A stretch of 64,000 nt of DNA, taken from positions 262,120 to 326,119 of the forward strand of contig JAWQFM010000014.1 of NCBI GenBank assembly GCA_033442325.1, in the 5' to 3' direction. The first letter of the stretch is position 1, and each line of letters starts with the position of its first letter. The notes below the pieces were generated by a model. It had not been told where the DNA came from. It ran no database searches and was given only the letters and a program-made list of their open reading frames with translations. Below are positions 51,504-63,783 of the stretch, piece after piece. The DNA is from Salpingoeca rosetta. Its lineage: Eukaryota; Protista; Choanoflagellata. Both the position numbers and the translations under genes were made by a program.

Positions 51504-52977
51504 CTAGGAGAACGAGAGCTTTGGTCGCTTTGTGAGGTGGCCCAGCTCAAACGCGTCACGGCGTGGTGCGCCTGCCCAGGGCAAGATGCGGTGTGCCTGT
51601 CGCCGCCGCCACTGCTGCTGCGCGCGGTCGTCTTGCAGCCCTGCATGGAACAGCTGTCGCTCAAGCTGATCGAGGTTGCGTGTCTGCGCACGCGTATACA
51701 TTTGTGTGTGTGCGTGTGTGCATATGGATGCGGGTATGTGAGTGACAGTGTGTGTGTGTGTGTGCATGCAGAGGAAATGCCACGAGGTGATAAGCAGAAG
51801 CCAGCCTAAGAGACGTAGAGGGGTCGAACACATGGCGCACCAAGACGCCCAACAACAGTCATGTTCCCATATGCACACACACACACATGCAAGCCATATG
51901 CACCTTTTCTGATGTGTCGTCTTGGACGGCGTTCTGTGAAATGTCCAGGATGACGAGGTAGCGGTGGCCAAACGACTGAAAGGAGATCGTACGCAGTTGG
52001 TCAGTTGTGTTTGGCAGCCGAGCGGACGCTGGAGGTGAGAGTGGACTTGATGCGGGAATAGGCGCACGGCAAGAAATAAAACAGGCACGCGAGGTGAGTG
52101 GTGGGTGCAGGCCTACATCTTGGATGGTGGTCGCGAGATCGCCGTCCTGGAAGAGCGTGAGATATGTGATGGCAAAGGAGAAGAAGTGGGAGCACCACGA
52201 CTGGAGGTTGATCACCGTGGCATCTGCGCGCAGCATGTCCAGGTACTTTGGACCCAGGAACTTTGGTGGATCCACTTCGAAGATGTCTTCACCGTTCTGT
52301 CCATGTGAAGGACGAGGTGTGAGCGCAAGCACATCTAGATGATGGCAGATTACAATGCACGCACGCACGCACACACACGCACGCACGCACGCACACACAC
52401 GCACACACACACGCATGCACACACGCACATCCACGCACATACACACACATGGCCACACTCATACACGCACATGGCCACACTCATACACGCACACACGCAC
52501 ACGCATGCCCACACGCACACACACGCACATACACACACATAGTCACACACGCATACACACAGCGAGGCACGCTTGCCTTTTCTCGGTAGCTCTTGATGAG
52601 CCAGAGTGGGAGGTCCACTTTGCTGCCTTTCCTCAGGTAGGGTGTCGCACTGGAAGGATCCAAACTCCCCATTTTGATCACATCAATGGACGCCACACAC
52701 GGTAACTGTGGAACGGACACCGTACATGGCATGTCAAGCAACAACAAGCTGTGAATGAGCCACACCAACCACACCAACCACGCCAACTCAATCACACCAT
52801 CAACACAACACACCAAGCATTGCTTGTGCGGCGTCACTGCCAGACCAAATAGGTAGCAATCAAAACAGCAACAGGCATGCAACAGACGCTCGCTCAGGGT
52901 TGCTTGAATAACTCACAACAGCTAACACGTACCCGTTCCTCTTGCATGAGGATGTCGTCGATGTCAAAGTACGACAT
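51504..52977 (-). CDS. GINS3: GINS complex subunit Psf3
   Basis: MSYFDIDDILMQEE|RVPC..MGSLDPSS..LRKGSKVDLPLWL|..PPKFLG..LRADATVINL..HFFSF|SFGHRY..ILDISQN|..LDQLERQLFHAG..QQW. Confidence 0.9.
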
Positions 52978-53157
52978 GGCCACTACTGTGATTAACAACA
53001 ATGCGCCAGCGACTTGGTGGTGGTGTTGTGCGCCTTGTCAGTCAGTGTGGCCGTTGTTGTTTGCGGGCGCGCCGTTGAATCCTGAAAAGTTGCGATGGTT
53101 TGACACGAATTTCGACAGTGCGCAAGCGAGCAGCAACGTTGAGCAGCCACGACGACG

Positions 53158-53924
53158 ATGATGATGATGATGGGTGTGAGAGGTGCAGGTGTTGTGCTGA
53201 GAGCACCAGGTGCGGTTGCAGCGGCGACGCTGGCTGGACGACTGGCGCGTCGAAGCACAGCGAGGACCCTCGCAACTGTGCAGAGCATGTGTGGTGTGCA
53301 GAGCGCTGTTGCTGGCACTGGTGCTCGGGTGTGGTGGACGCCGCCGGCAGGGGCGGTGCGTGCTGGCGCAAGCCTGCGCTTGCTGCACGTGGCCACGCCT
53401 ACGGCGACAGCCAAGGACGGGGAGCAAGGCCAAGCAGAGCCCATTGTCATCACACCATCAAAGCAAGACCGTTCCAACGAAACCACGGACCACAAGCGCG
53501 CACGTCTCCTCTACCAAAGCAGGTGCGGTGAAGAACGCACGAGTGAGTGTGAGTGTGTGTGTGTGTGTGTGGCGGTGAGCGGGTATGTGCGTGCGTGTAT
53601 GTTTGTGTGTGCATGTTAGTCTGTGTATTGTCTATTCGCACATCTACTTCTGTGTGTGTGTGTGTGTGCCACACAGTGGTTGTGCGTTGTGTGGTCACTG
53701 CGCTTGTGGCGGTGTTAGCATCCACACACAACACTCTTTGTTGTTGTGGCGCTCTTGTCAGCACATGACATGAGGGCCGCTAGAATGGCACTCATGGTCA
53801 CGCTGTTCCACGTCAATGCACCGTATCGTTCCTTTTATTTCTTTTCAATGCAATAGGAAGCGCGGCATCAAGGAGATGGACCTCATCCTTGCGTACGTCC
53901 AACCTTCGTCGCTGCGGCCAGCAC

Positions 53925-53982
<58 letters not shown>

Positions 53983-53986
53983 GCTC

Positions 53987-54039
<53 letters not shown>

Positions 54040-54552
54040 GCTCTTGTTGTTGTTGTTGCTCTTGTTGTTGTGTGTGTGTGTGTGTGTTGCGTGTGGATAT
54101 CTGATGCTGACGCGCTCGGTGTGCACCAATTTCATTTCCATCGCTTTTAACGCAAAGTTCGCTGGTACCATCACGTGACTGGGTTGCGTTTCTAGTACGT
54201 ATGCGGATCAGTACTTGGACACCATGACCGAGCAGCAGCTTGAGGAGTACGACTCCATCCTGAATGACCACGATAACGAATGGGACATGTTCAAGTGGCT
54301 CACGGGCAAGGAGGTGCGTACGTGTATGCGTGTGTGCGTGTGTGTGCATGGTATATAATTGTGCTGGGTACCCGCCATCGTTCGGTGGGCTGTTCACCTG
54401 TCCTGTGCTTGACATCTTCCACATTGACATGAAACCTTTGCTTACATACACACACGCGCACACGCACATACACATGCGCACATACACACACACTCACACA
54501 CACTCACTCACTCACACACTCACTCTCACACATACACACACACACACACACA

Positions 54553-54643
<91 letters not shown>

Positions 54644-54894
54644 CCTCTCTCTCTCGCTGCCTCTGCTTGTCCCGCTTAACACAACCCACGCCCTCTTTCC
54701 TGCTCGTACCGTTCTTCCTTTTCTCTGTGCCCTTTCTTTCTTTGTCTTTTTTGTTTTTGTTTTTCACCCACCGCCAGGAACTGCCGGAGTACCTGCAAGG
54801 GTCGGGGGTGATGCAACACTTGATGGAGTTCACCAAGAATCCAAACAAAGAGCAGCGTGCACACATGCCTCCCCTGCGCCCAAAGCAGCAATAA
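53158..54894 (+). CDS. SDHAF2: Succinate dehydrogenase assembly factor 2 (Sdh5/SdhE), mitochondrial
   Basis: Exons 53158-53522, 53857-53892, 54196-54313, 54778-54894. R-rich presequence; KRARLLYQSR|KRGIKEMDLIL (RGxxE motif); EYDSILNDHDNEWDMFKW; FTKNPNKEQR. Confidence 0.93.
53926..54070. repeat. (TTG)n intronic microsatellite
   Basis: Direct observation, in SDHAF2 intron 2. Confidence 0.9.
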
Positions 54895-55522
54895 ACAAGG
54901 CCACCAGCGAGGAACAGCACATCACGATGTGTGAGAATAATGAGTGAGTTGGGAGATATCATCACGTGTGACCATGTCTTGTCTCGGTGGTGGTGTGCTG
55001 GGTGTTTGAAACGAAACATGCCGCTCGTGCGGTCGCCTCACGGGTGCCAGGTGGTTGTGTGACACATGACATGAAGACATGACACATGACAGCATTTTGG
55101 CCTTGAATGACGTCATCCGCAATGTTCAGAACGGAACATTATGTCATCCTTGTGAAATGAGCCGCAATAATCATGCCATTACATTACAGCGGCACAGCAA
55201 GACGAGGCTGTTGTGTGCATTGCCCGATTCAGGGAAGTAGGCTGCTTCTGCTTTCTCAGAAACAACAACGTCGTTCGCTCACGACTTCTCAGGGCTACCT
55301 CGAGCAACCAAGCCAACTGGCTGGCACGCTGTTGCCCTTCTCGTCACAGCGCCACTTGTTGTTGGTGGCTGGGCAAACTCGACCACGCATTTTCTCACTG
55401 CACCGCTGTCAAGTGACTTTAAACAGTGGCACGTGAGCCAACAAGCCAGCTGTGGCACCTTTAAGCCCTGAGCACACACCCCTCCCTTCAACAAACAAAC
55501 AACAGCGCCGCCACCAAGCGTG

Positions 55523-57730
55523 ATGGGTGGCCACCGTCCTCGCCCTGAAGACATCCAGCGGCTGTCCCAGGGCATTCGCCAGGCGTTTGAGGCCCTCGAT
55601 TGCAGCGTCCCTGTCGAAGAGGTCAAAGGCATGGCGCGATTGGTTGCGTCTTCGATGACAGGGCCAAACAACGTCTACCATGCCATGTCGCACGTGTTCG
55701 ATGTTGTTCCGGAGAAACCAGAACAAGACCCTCTGGCTTACCTCGCCGCCGTCTTCCACGACATTGTCTACCTGCAAGTGGATGGCTGTATTTCACCTGC
55801 ATTCCTGCCCATCCTGCAGCGTGCCCGGCTGCTGCCGGTGCCGACAGCCGAGGGCCTCGCTGCAGTACATGCTGCCTGCAGCAACTTCCGCGCGCGTACG
55901 CGCACCAACGACAGCAGCTCGTGCAGCGCTCTACCGCAGCCCATGGCCGCACAGCCAGCACTCCTGACCAGCGAGGGCATCCGCAAGCGCATCCACGCCC
56001 TCAGCAACCCAGGGCACCTGGCCTTGATGGCCGGGCAGAACCTGCCTGACGGTCATGCTGTCAAGGGCACCAACAACAAGCAGCAGACGCAGGTGCACAC
56101 CACCGCCATCGATACTGAGGAGACGGCAGCCATCATGCCATGCCACACCACAAGGGCGGCACTCAAGACCACCGCCATTAGCCGCCAGCCGAGCATCGAC
56201 AGCAGGGACACCGAGGAGTGCAAAGACAGCACCGAGAGCATCGCAAGCTGTGATTCTGGTGTATCCTCGTCCAGGCCACGACCACCAGGCTCGCTGACAG
56301 CCACTACAAGCACAGCAACACCAGACCGCCAGCGACGGGGATCTCTACGCGTCCAGGACTCTCCGGCTGTCATGACCACTCTCAAGGCGGTGGAAGCGTG
56401 GCGGCGCTCGACGACGTACGTCGTGTCTGACGATCACATGAGGCTGCCACACCCAGATCCCTCAGTTGCACAAGTACAAAAGCGTGCGCTGGCCCAGCAA
56501 CTGTGCTACAGCATCTTCGGGCACACACCTGGCAAGCTGCTGCCATTTGCCATCGGCACCCTGGGCCTGAACGAGTTCCTGAGCTGTGTGATCGCCATGG
56601 ACGTGCTGGCGCCGTGGCTCACAGAGGCGCAGCTGCTGCATGTGTGCGTCTGCATTGAGGCGACGATCCCCTTCCGCCCTTCCAACTGCACCACCACCCT
56701 CCATGGCCGGTGCCTTCACGCAGCGACACACCAGCTGCATCTCCCCCGCGAGCAGGAGCACACCGCCGTGCGCCTCACCAAGCACATGGTGGAGAGTGCC
56801 TGCGAGATGACCGCCCGCGACGTGGGCAACTTTGCCCTCGCTGACACGCGCGGGTTCCTGGCCAACACGTGGAAGCTGCTGCCTGAGCTCAACATGGCCC
56901 TGCGCAACACCGCCACCTTCACGCTCAAGGACTGGATGGGCGCGATGGCCGGTAACTGGGGCTTCTTCCGCTTCCTCTTGCGGGACCCGGCAGTCATCTT
57001 CCCCCGCTTCGGCCACTGCTGCACCGATGAGAAGCGACAGCAGATGGTGGCCCGGGCAGTGCGCAACCTGCAGAGGGGCCGCACCTATATTGGCGCCCGT
57101 CTGCTCAGCGCCAGCATCATGCACGCGGTGCTGTCCCACAGGCATGCGCACGTGATGAGGCTGGACGACATGATGGACGCCCTGGCCAGTGCGCCCGTTG
57201 GCATGTTGTTCGGTGGTGACTGCACGCAAGGAGGTCTGCTGGCGTGCCAGGGCCCATGTCTCTGCCCAACCTGCGCCACTTGCGCCACCGTCACTCAGGC
57301 AACCTCGCAACAGCAACAGCAACAGCAAGGCAGAGCGGAGTTCGACTTTGGCGACGAGAGTATGTCACGTGACGTGTATGTGCAAGCGCTGTTGCGGCAC
57401 GGGTTTGATGGCAAGTACAATGGACAGGCAGTTGCCTTCTCATCCACCTGCAGTCTTTCAGCATCCATATTCCAATACCTGCACGACAGCAACACGGGAT
57501 GGACGAGGTACTTGCAGGTGGAGCAGCGAGAGGAAGGGGAAGGAAACGAGATGATGGATTCGATGTGGCCGCGTCAGGTTCCTGTCACGTTTGAGGAGTG
57601 CGTGCAATCCAGCGTTGAGTATCACAGAGGTGATCTGGACGCCACTGCATTCCTTCTGCAATTGCCGGACGCTGTTGTACAGCTTGCGCAGCAGCACTTG
57701 CGCGCCCACCTGACAGTCTGGGTTGTGTGA
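55523..57730 (+). CDS. Intronless HD-superfamily-like protein of a bacterial-type uncharacterised family, with a ~200-aa disordered insert
   Basis: 735-aa single ORF. YHAMSHVF..LAAVFHDIVYLQVDG, NEFLS, CIEATIPFR, RDVGNFA, FLANTWKLLPE motifs give an H..HD..D metal-binding layout. Confidence 0.75.
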   Translation: MGGHRPRPEDIQRLSQGIRQAFEALDCSVPVEEVKGMARLVASSMTGPNNVYHAMSHVFDVVPEKPEQDPLAYLAAVFHDIVYLQVDGCISPAFLPILQRARLLPVPTAEGLAAVHAACSNFRARTRTNDSSSCSALPQPMAAQPALLTSEGIRKRIHALSNPGHLALMAGQNLPDGHAVKGTNNKQQTQVHTTAIDTEETAAIMPCHTTRAALKTTAISRQPSIDSRDTEECKDSTESIASCDSGVSSSRPRPPGSLTATTSTATPDRQRRGSLRVQDSPAVMTTLKAVEAWRRSTTYVVSDDHMRLPHPDPSVAQVQKRALAQQLCYSIFGHTPGKLLPFAIGTLGLNEFLSCVIAMDVLAPWLTEAQLLHVCVCIEATIPFRPSNCTTTLHGRCLHAATHQLHLPREQEHTAVRLTKHMVESACEMTARDVGNFALADTRGFLANTWKLLPELNMALRNTATFTLKDWMGAMAGNWGFFRFLLRDPAVIFPRFGHCCTDEKRQQMVARAVRNLQRGRTYIGARLLSASIMHAVLSHRHAHVMRLDDMMDALASAPVGMLFGGDCTQGGLLACQGPCLCPTCATCATVTQATSQQQQQQQGRAEFDFGDESMSRDVYVQALLRHGFDGKYNGQAVAFSSTCSLSASIFQYLHDSNTGWTRYLQVEQREEGEGNEMMDSMWPRQVPVTFEECVQSSVEYHRGDLDATAFLLQLPDAVVQLAQQHLRAHLTVWVV

Positions 57731-57736
57731 CCCTTC

Positions 57737-57829
<93 letters not shown>

Positions 57830-58374
57830 ATGTGTGTGTGTGTGTGAATCCTGGCCTGCACTCAAGCAAGCCATATCTGGGGTATGGTTTGACCCCCTCC
57901 CACTCATGTCACGCTTCTCTTGAATGTGATTGAGTGTTGGAGCCACTTGCCTGTTCTTAAGCAATCCCTGTGTACATGTGTCTGACCCCCAATGGATGGA
58001 TGGCTGGTTGGTCGGATACACGTGGTGGACGAGTTGAATTTCAATAGATGATGTACGCAGCGCGAATGAAAAGGTGAATGAGAGCAGCTGGGAAGCGAGC
58101 AACCCTCACCGTTACAAGTCACATGTGCATGTGTGCGTGAATGCTGGGGGCAAAGGTGAAGGGGGGAACACGGGCAAAGAGACGGAGGAGTGGCAAAGAG
58201 AAAAACGACGCAATCGTGTCAGATGGGAATCCTCAAGCCCAACAAGTTCACAACAAGGAATAGGGCACGCACATAGGAAGCTATCGCAGCAGAAAGCATG
58301 GGATGCACGGACACACACAGACACAAGGATAGACACACAGACACGCACGCGTACGCACACACACACACACACAC

Positions 58375-58454
<80 letters not shown>

Positions 58455-58483
58455 ACACACACACACAAAGGCACAACAACATT

Positions 58484-61405
58484 TCAATGCGTGCGAATGG
58501 CCGTGCATGCACGCAATGCGCGGGTTGCAGCATCAAGGACGAGGGAATTGGCGGAAAACCGCTGCAGTGTTGTGGCGGCCACGCGAACCACCTCAGCTCG
58601 CATCTCGCCCGCGCTGCTGCTGTACGAGCTGCCCACAACGCGAAACGAGCACGTCTCGCATGCCGCGCCGCCCCCTTGGCAGCACTGCCGGCGTGGCTGT
58701 GGTTGCTCCGACGACGGTGGGCAGTCGACCGACACAGCACGGGGGACCTCGTCAGGATAGGTGACATGGAGCCCAGAATCAACACTCGCGCGTCCGTGTT
58801 GGCAGCACCGGCAGTCACGACACACGCAACGACAGATACTGCTGTCACTCGCACCATCACGGCCGTGCACCGCCACGCGAACCAGCTGCTCCAGTACCCG
58901 CAGCCCCGTCATCTGCACGCTGGCCACATCAGGATGCACCGCCATGCTCGCGGTCACCCCGGCAGCCATCGCCTCCAGCTGTGCGCGTGTCAACACACCA
59001 GGCACTGCGCCGCCACCGCTGCCGTGACCGCCACTGCCGCTGGTGTCGAGCGCAATTGCTCTTATCGCTGCTGTCGCCACAACCGCTTCCAGCACACCGA
59101 GCGCTGCCAGCTGAAGTGCCCTGTCCCGCGCATGCGTCCTCATCGCCGGGAGAACGGCAGTGGCAATGGCACGGGAAGCGACCATGCCACGTACGCACGC
59201 CGCGCGCCCATTACTGCTGCTGCTGCTGCTGACGAGCTGTGCAAGCAGGGTGCAGCCGACGCGTTGCAAGCCGGCGTGGGAACCATGCTTCGCCATGATC
59301 TGCACCACGCTGCGCACGCCAGACCCACACGCAAGCTGCTCACACACGGCCGCGGCGCTGCTGTGCCGTGTCAGATTCACCAGCACGTCGACAGCGAGGT
59401 GGAGCAGGGAGGTGCGGTCAGGATGCGCATCAAGGACCATCAGCATCGTGCTCGCAATGCCGTGCGCCAAAGCCTCAACCGCCGCTGCCGGGGAGGTTGA
59501 AGCCGTGCTGGTTGCAAAGGATGGAGCAAGCACAGAGAGGGCCGCCCTGGTGAGCGCGCTGGGGGGAAACGGGCATTTCACCAGGTAGGCATTGGCCACA
59601 AATGGGTGTTCGACATAGTCTGCACTTTCGTCGCCGCTGTTATCGTTGCTGCTGCTGCTGCTTTTGTTGCTGTTGTTCATATTCCTGCTGCTGTGGCCTT
59701 TGTTGTTGTTGTTGTTGTTGCTGTTGTTCATATTCCTGCTGCTGTGGCACTTGTTGTTGTTGCTGCTGGTCTGGCGTGCCATGGCACGGTTTGTGGCAGT
59801 GGTGGCGATGACGGGCGCAAACCACACGGTGCGCTGCCTGCGTGCGCTCGTGATCGCGTCCCTGGTATCTGCGCATGCATTTTCGTTCCTGTCCGCGCTG
59901 TTGTTGTGGCTGCTGTCGTTCTCGCCGTCTCCTGCTCCCGACACCAACGCTGGTGGCTGCTTATGGCGCGTACGCGTGCGTGCCGGCGCTGTTGCGGCTG
60001 GCACGGTCGTCGTGGAGAGGCTGGCCGCTTGGGTGACGCGTTGGAGATACTCGCACGCGGGGGCCTGCACGTGGTCGAAGGGGCGATTGTTCCGCATGGC
60101 GGACAGAACGACTTGCAGCACCAGTTCGCTGTGCACCAACTGGTGCCCTGGTGTCGTCGTCTCTGCTGCAGCAGTCAACGCACTCAGCGCCGCAGCGACC
60201 AGGTCAGGCGGCGCGTTGCGCAGGCCCACGGCGCGCACCAGCACGGCCACACACGGCTGGGTGCACTTGCCGCCGAGGGACATCACCTCTGCAAGCGCCA
60301 AGCACCCAAACTCCTGCACATCAACGTCTGTCGGGAACTCGCCCATCATGGCCACAAACTCATCCACCTTGCGCGTGGTTCTCTGTCGAGGGGCTGGTTT
60401 GTCCATGAGAGGAGCAGAGGCAGTGTGGGCGTGCGCCACACCGGGAGGGTCACCGTGAGCATCACGGGCGATTCCGGAGTCGTCGAAAGCGCTGAGGCTG
60501 CGTGAGGACGAGGGTGAGGTGTCCGCGCCGGTAGCATTGGTGGTGACTGCAGCTGTCACGGGTCGCTGCGAGGCCACAGGCGACTGTGGTTGTGACTGTG
60601 ATGGTGATTTTGATTGTGATGGTGATTGTGGCGGGGAGGACGAGGGTGTCATGGCTGCCGTGGGTTGCGTTGCTTGTCGGGTTGACTGGGGCCCTGCCAG
60701 GCGATGTCGAACAGCCGGAGAGATTGCAGAGCGTGATTGCGTTTGCGGGCGAGAGGGACGGGTTCGGACACCCTCTTGGTGGTGGTTTGTTGTGGTTGGT
60801 CCTCGTTGGTCAATGACCCAGCGGGTTTGGTCGCGCTGAAGAGGTGGTTCGTGCGTAGGCACCGGAAGGTGTGCAGTGGATGTAACTTGCGAGGCCAGTG
60901 TCATGCAGGCTTTCACTCGATGCAGTGTGTCCATAGTGAGGGCTCTGCAGCTGCGACGACTGCGACGACTGCGACGACGCGGGGCCATTTCACTGTGCAG
61001 TGTCGGCTTTGTGCCTTGGTCAGTCGTGTGCACAGCTCGCGGTCTTTGTGGTGGCGGCTGCTGCGGTGTCTGGCGCCTCAGGCCTGTCGCTGTTGTTGTT
61101 GACGATGATGACGACGACCATCGGCGGCCCATCGTGGACGATGACGCGGTGCTGCCAGCAGCACTGGGGTGAGACGAAGGCTCGCACAGCGGGGGTGTCG
61201 GTGGTCTGGCCTTGGCTGGTAGTTGCAGGAATTGGGAGCTACTTTGGCTGAATGAGGGCGCTTCACGCTGTGAGTGTCGCTGGTGTTGTTGTTGGTCCCG
61301 TTGGTCTTGTTGGTCTTGCTGGTGGTGGGGTTGGTGGTGTGTGCCACAATTGGACGACGACGACGCGGGAACAAGCAAGCCTCCTCTTGGAGTGTGGTGT
61401 TGCAT
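58484..61405 (-). CDS. ARM-repeat-like helical protein with long disordered N-terminus
   Basis: 973-aa ORF with repeats VQEFGCLAL, AMRNNRPFDHVQAPAC, MAKHGSHAGLQRVGC, AMRTHARDRALQLAAL, SMAVHPDVASVQMTGL. Confidence 0.7.
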   Translation of the reverse strand: MQHHTPRGGLLVPASSSSNCGTHHQPHHQQDQQDQRDQQQHQRHSQREAPSFSQSSSQFLQLPAKARPPTPPLCEPSSHPSAAGSTASSSTMGRRWSSSSSSTTTATGLRRQTPQQPPPQRPRAVHTTDQGTKPTLHSEMAPRRRSRRSRRSCRALTMDTLHRVKACMTLASQVTSTAHLPVPTHEPPLQRDQTRWVIDQRGPTTTNHHQEGVRTRPSRPQTQSRSAISPAVRHRLAGPQSTRQATQPTAAMTPSSSPPQSPSQSKSPSQSQPQSPVASQRPVTAAVTTNATGADTSPSSSRSLSAFDDSGIARDAHGDPPGVAHAHTASAPLMDKPAPRQRTTRKVDEFVAMMGEFPTDVDVQEFGCLALAEVMSLGGKCTQPCVAVLVRAVGLRNAPPDLVAAALSALTAAAETTTPGHQLVHSELVLQVVLSAMRNNRPFDHVQAPACEYLQRVTQAASLSTTTVPAATAPARTRTRHKQPPALVSGAGDGENDSSHNNSADRNENACADTRDAITSARRQRTVWFAPVIATTATNRAMARQTSSNNNKCHSSRNMNNSNNNNNNKGHSSRNMNNSNKSSSSSNDNSGDESADYVEHPFVANAYLVKCPFPPSALTRAALSVLAPSFATSTASTSPAAAVEALAHGIASTMLMVLDAHPDRTSLLHLAVDVLVNLTRHSSAAAVCEQLACGSGVRSVVQIMAKHGSHAGLQRVGCTLLAQLVSSSSSSNGRAACVRGMVASRAIATAVLPAMRTHARDRALQLAALGVLEAVVATAAIRAIALDTSGSGGHGSGGGAVPGVLTRAQLEAMAAGVTASMAVHPDVASVQMTGLRVLEQLVRVAVHGRDGASDSSICRCVCRDCRCCQHGRASVDSGLHVTYPDEVPRAVSVDCPPSSEQPQPRRQCCQGGGAACETCSFRVVGSSYSSSAGEMRAEVVRVAATTLQRFSANSLVLDAATRALRACTAIRTH

Positions 61406-61790
61406 TGCGTATTGGTGTGGATGAACTTGGAGGTTGTTTCACGGAATCACGGGATGGCACAGAAAATGAACGACCAAACAAGACACACGCCTCGAGCACG
61501 CCATCTGCCATGCGCATGCGTGTGTGCGTGTGAGTGAGTTGGCCTTTGTGTGAGTCGCCTTTGCATCTGTGGGCCCAATGCTGCTGCACTCACCTCCCAC
61601 CTCCCCCACAACAACAGCACGACCACGCCACCCGCATTGTCGTCATCCACCAAGCAAAAGTCAGTTAAGGTTGTGGAAAATTAAGTGAAAATTTAAACGA
61701 AAACACGGGTAGACCCAAACGCGCGTTCCCACACGCTTGCTTCTTGCTTGTCAGTTTAAGTTTGTTGGGTGTGTGCGGCGTGTGTGTGCG

Positions 61791-61893
<103 letters not shown>

Positions 61894-62102
61894 GGTGACA
61901 TGACAAAGCCGATGTCTTGTACTGAATTTGTGGTCGAAGCCAACAATAACAGGCGAAGAAAAAATAAAGGAACGCAGTTGTGTGTAATCATGGGTGGTAA
62001 CAGAGCACGGACACGTCGAGTAGCGGATTTAAAAGTCGCATAGCACGTTACTCGCCGAGGGCGTTTGTTCGTGCACACAGAGGACTTGGTCCAAGTCACG
62101 CA

Positions 62103-63410
62103 TTACAGGCCAGAGAAGAGCTTGAACGCCATCTCCGCCGTGTCCTGCGCTGCGCCATCCCTGAAGCAGACATAGAGCTCCCGGTACATGTCGTCCTGAA
62201 CGCCACGGCTGCCGCCGCCAAAGAACGTGCCGTGCGCGTGGTGCTGTGCGCGTGTGTCCGTGTTCGAGCCGCGTGGAGGCAGGAGGCGGCCCACCACCCA
62301 ATATGAGAGCGGAAACGGGGACCCGCCACCATGCTCCGCGGAGGCGTGTCGACTCGATGCGCGCTTTGTCCGTCGTCGTTGGAATGCGCTCACGGCAGGG
62401 TTGCACGACACGCCCCCACGCGACTGGTGTTGCTGTTGTTGACGCTGCTGCTGGTCGTGTGACGACGACGACCACGTTGCTGTGCCCACCGTAAACATCA
62501 AGCCGTGCTCCTCCATCTGCACACGCATGTGTGTGTATGTATGTGTGTGTGTGTGTGTGCGTGCAATTGTGTGTTTGTTAGAGCGTGGGGCTGGGGGTCG
62601 AGAGGACAACATGCATGTACAGTATGTGCGCCTGTGTACAGCATTGTTCACTATGATGACAGCATACACGCGTTCGTCTGCACAGTGAAAAACCACACAT
62701 ACACACACAACACCAGAAATAGGGTCGCATCCCTTGCGCCTGCGCAACACACCATGGAGAGCGGGTGGTCGCCCGGGAACATGGCAGAGTGGCGGCGCGA
62801 CGGCGTTGACGGTGTTGCGGCCGATGAAAGCGGCGATGATGATGATGGTGGTGGTGGTGGCGGTGCTGTAAAGAGGGAGGACGACGTGTTGGATGCGCGG
62901 CTCTGGTGTAACAGTGCACGCACACGCAGCGATGTCCTTCGATGCAGCCGTTCAAGGGTGCACGTGTGATTGTAGTGGTGGGCGTGAAATGACAAAGGGA
63001 AGCAGAGAGAGGGAAGAGGGTGACACACAAAGGCAATCACGTTGGAGTAGAATTTCGACACACAGGAGCACGCGCACATATATGCACGATACTCGCACAA
63101 ACGGATACATTGAAGCACAGCAACACACAGTCACACACACAGTCGCACACACAGTCACACACACAGTCACACACAGTCACACACACACACGCCGATGCGC
63201 CTACCTGTAGAACTGATCGAGGACCTTGGCCTGCAGAGAGTGTTCGTTGAGGGGTGCAAACGGATCCGAGACGAGGACAAGGCCCGTGCCCGGCTCTGCT
63301 GCGAGAAAGTGGAACACGGCATTGCCGCGCCCGCTGGAGATCATGCACCGCGGATCACACGTCTGAACACCATGTGTGGATGGCGGGAGGAAGGGGGAGG
63401 GTGAGCGGAA

Positions 63411-63456
<46 letters not shown>

Positions 63457-63783
63457 AGGAGGAGGAGGAGGAGCAAACAGGTTCGTGGGCGTGAGTGGGA
63501 GTGTGGGCGGATAGGTGTGTGCATGCTGTTGTTGTTGTTGTTGTTGTTGTTGCGTAAATTGTTGTTGTTGCGTAAATTGTTGTTGTTGTTGTTGCGTAAA
63601 TTGTTGTTGTTGTTGCGTAAATTGTTGTTGTTGCTGTTGCTGTTGTTGTTGTTGTTGAGAAATGCAACTGTGATTCGTGCGCTGATGATCATCAACACAT
63701 GCCCGCACCTCCAAGCTCGGCAGGTGGAGCGCCTTCTGGATGACACGCGGGCGACGGCGCACACCAGCGATGCTCAGGCGGCT
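62103..63783 (-). CDS. INTU: Inturned (CPLANE, longin domain 3), 3' exons only; gene continues past right edge
   Basis: SSGRGNAVFHF..PGTGLVL..KVLDQFYR|..LRVRALLHQ|MEEHGLMF..LSYWVVGRL..RELYVCFRD..TAEMAFKLFSGL* matches the Inturned C-terminal signature (EHGxLF, YWVVGRL, ELYVCFHD, AFKLFFG). Confidence 0.85.
63527..63657 (-). repeat. (CAA)n tract with four TTTACG interruptions, encoding (Q)nFT repeats if exonic
   Basis: gcgtaaattgttgttg repeated four times on the + strand. Confidence 0.8.
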
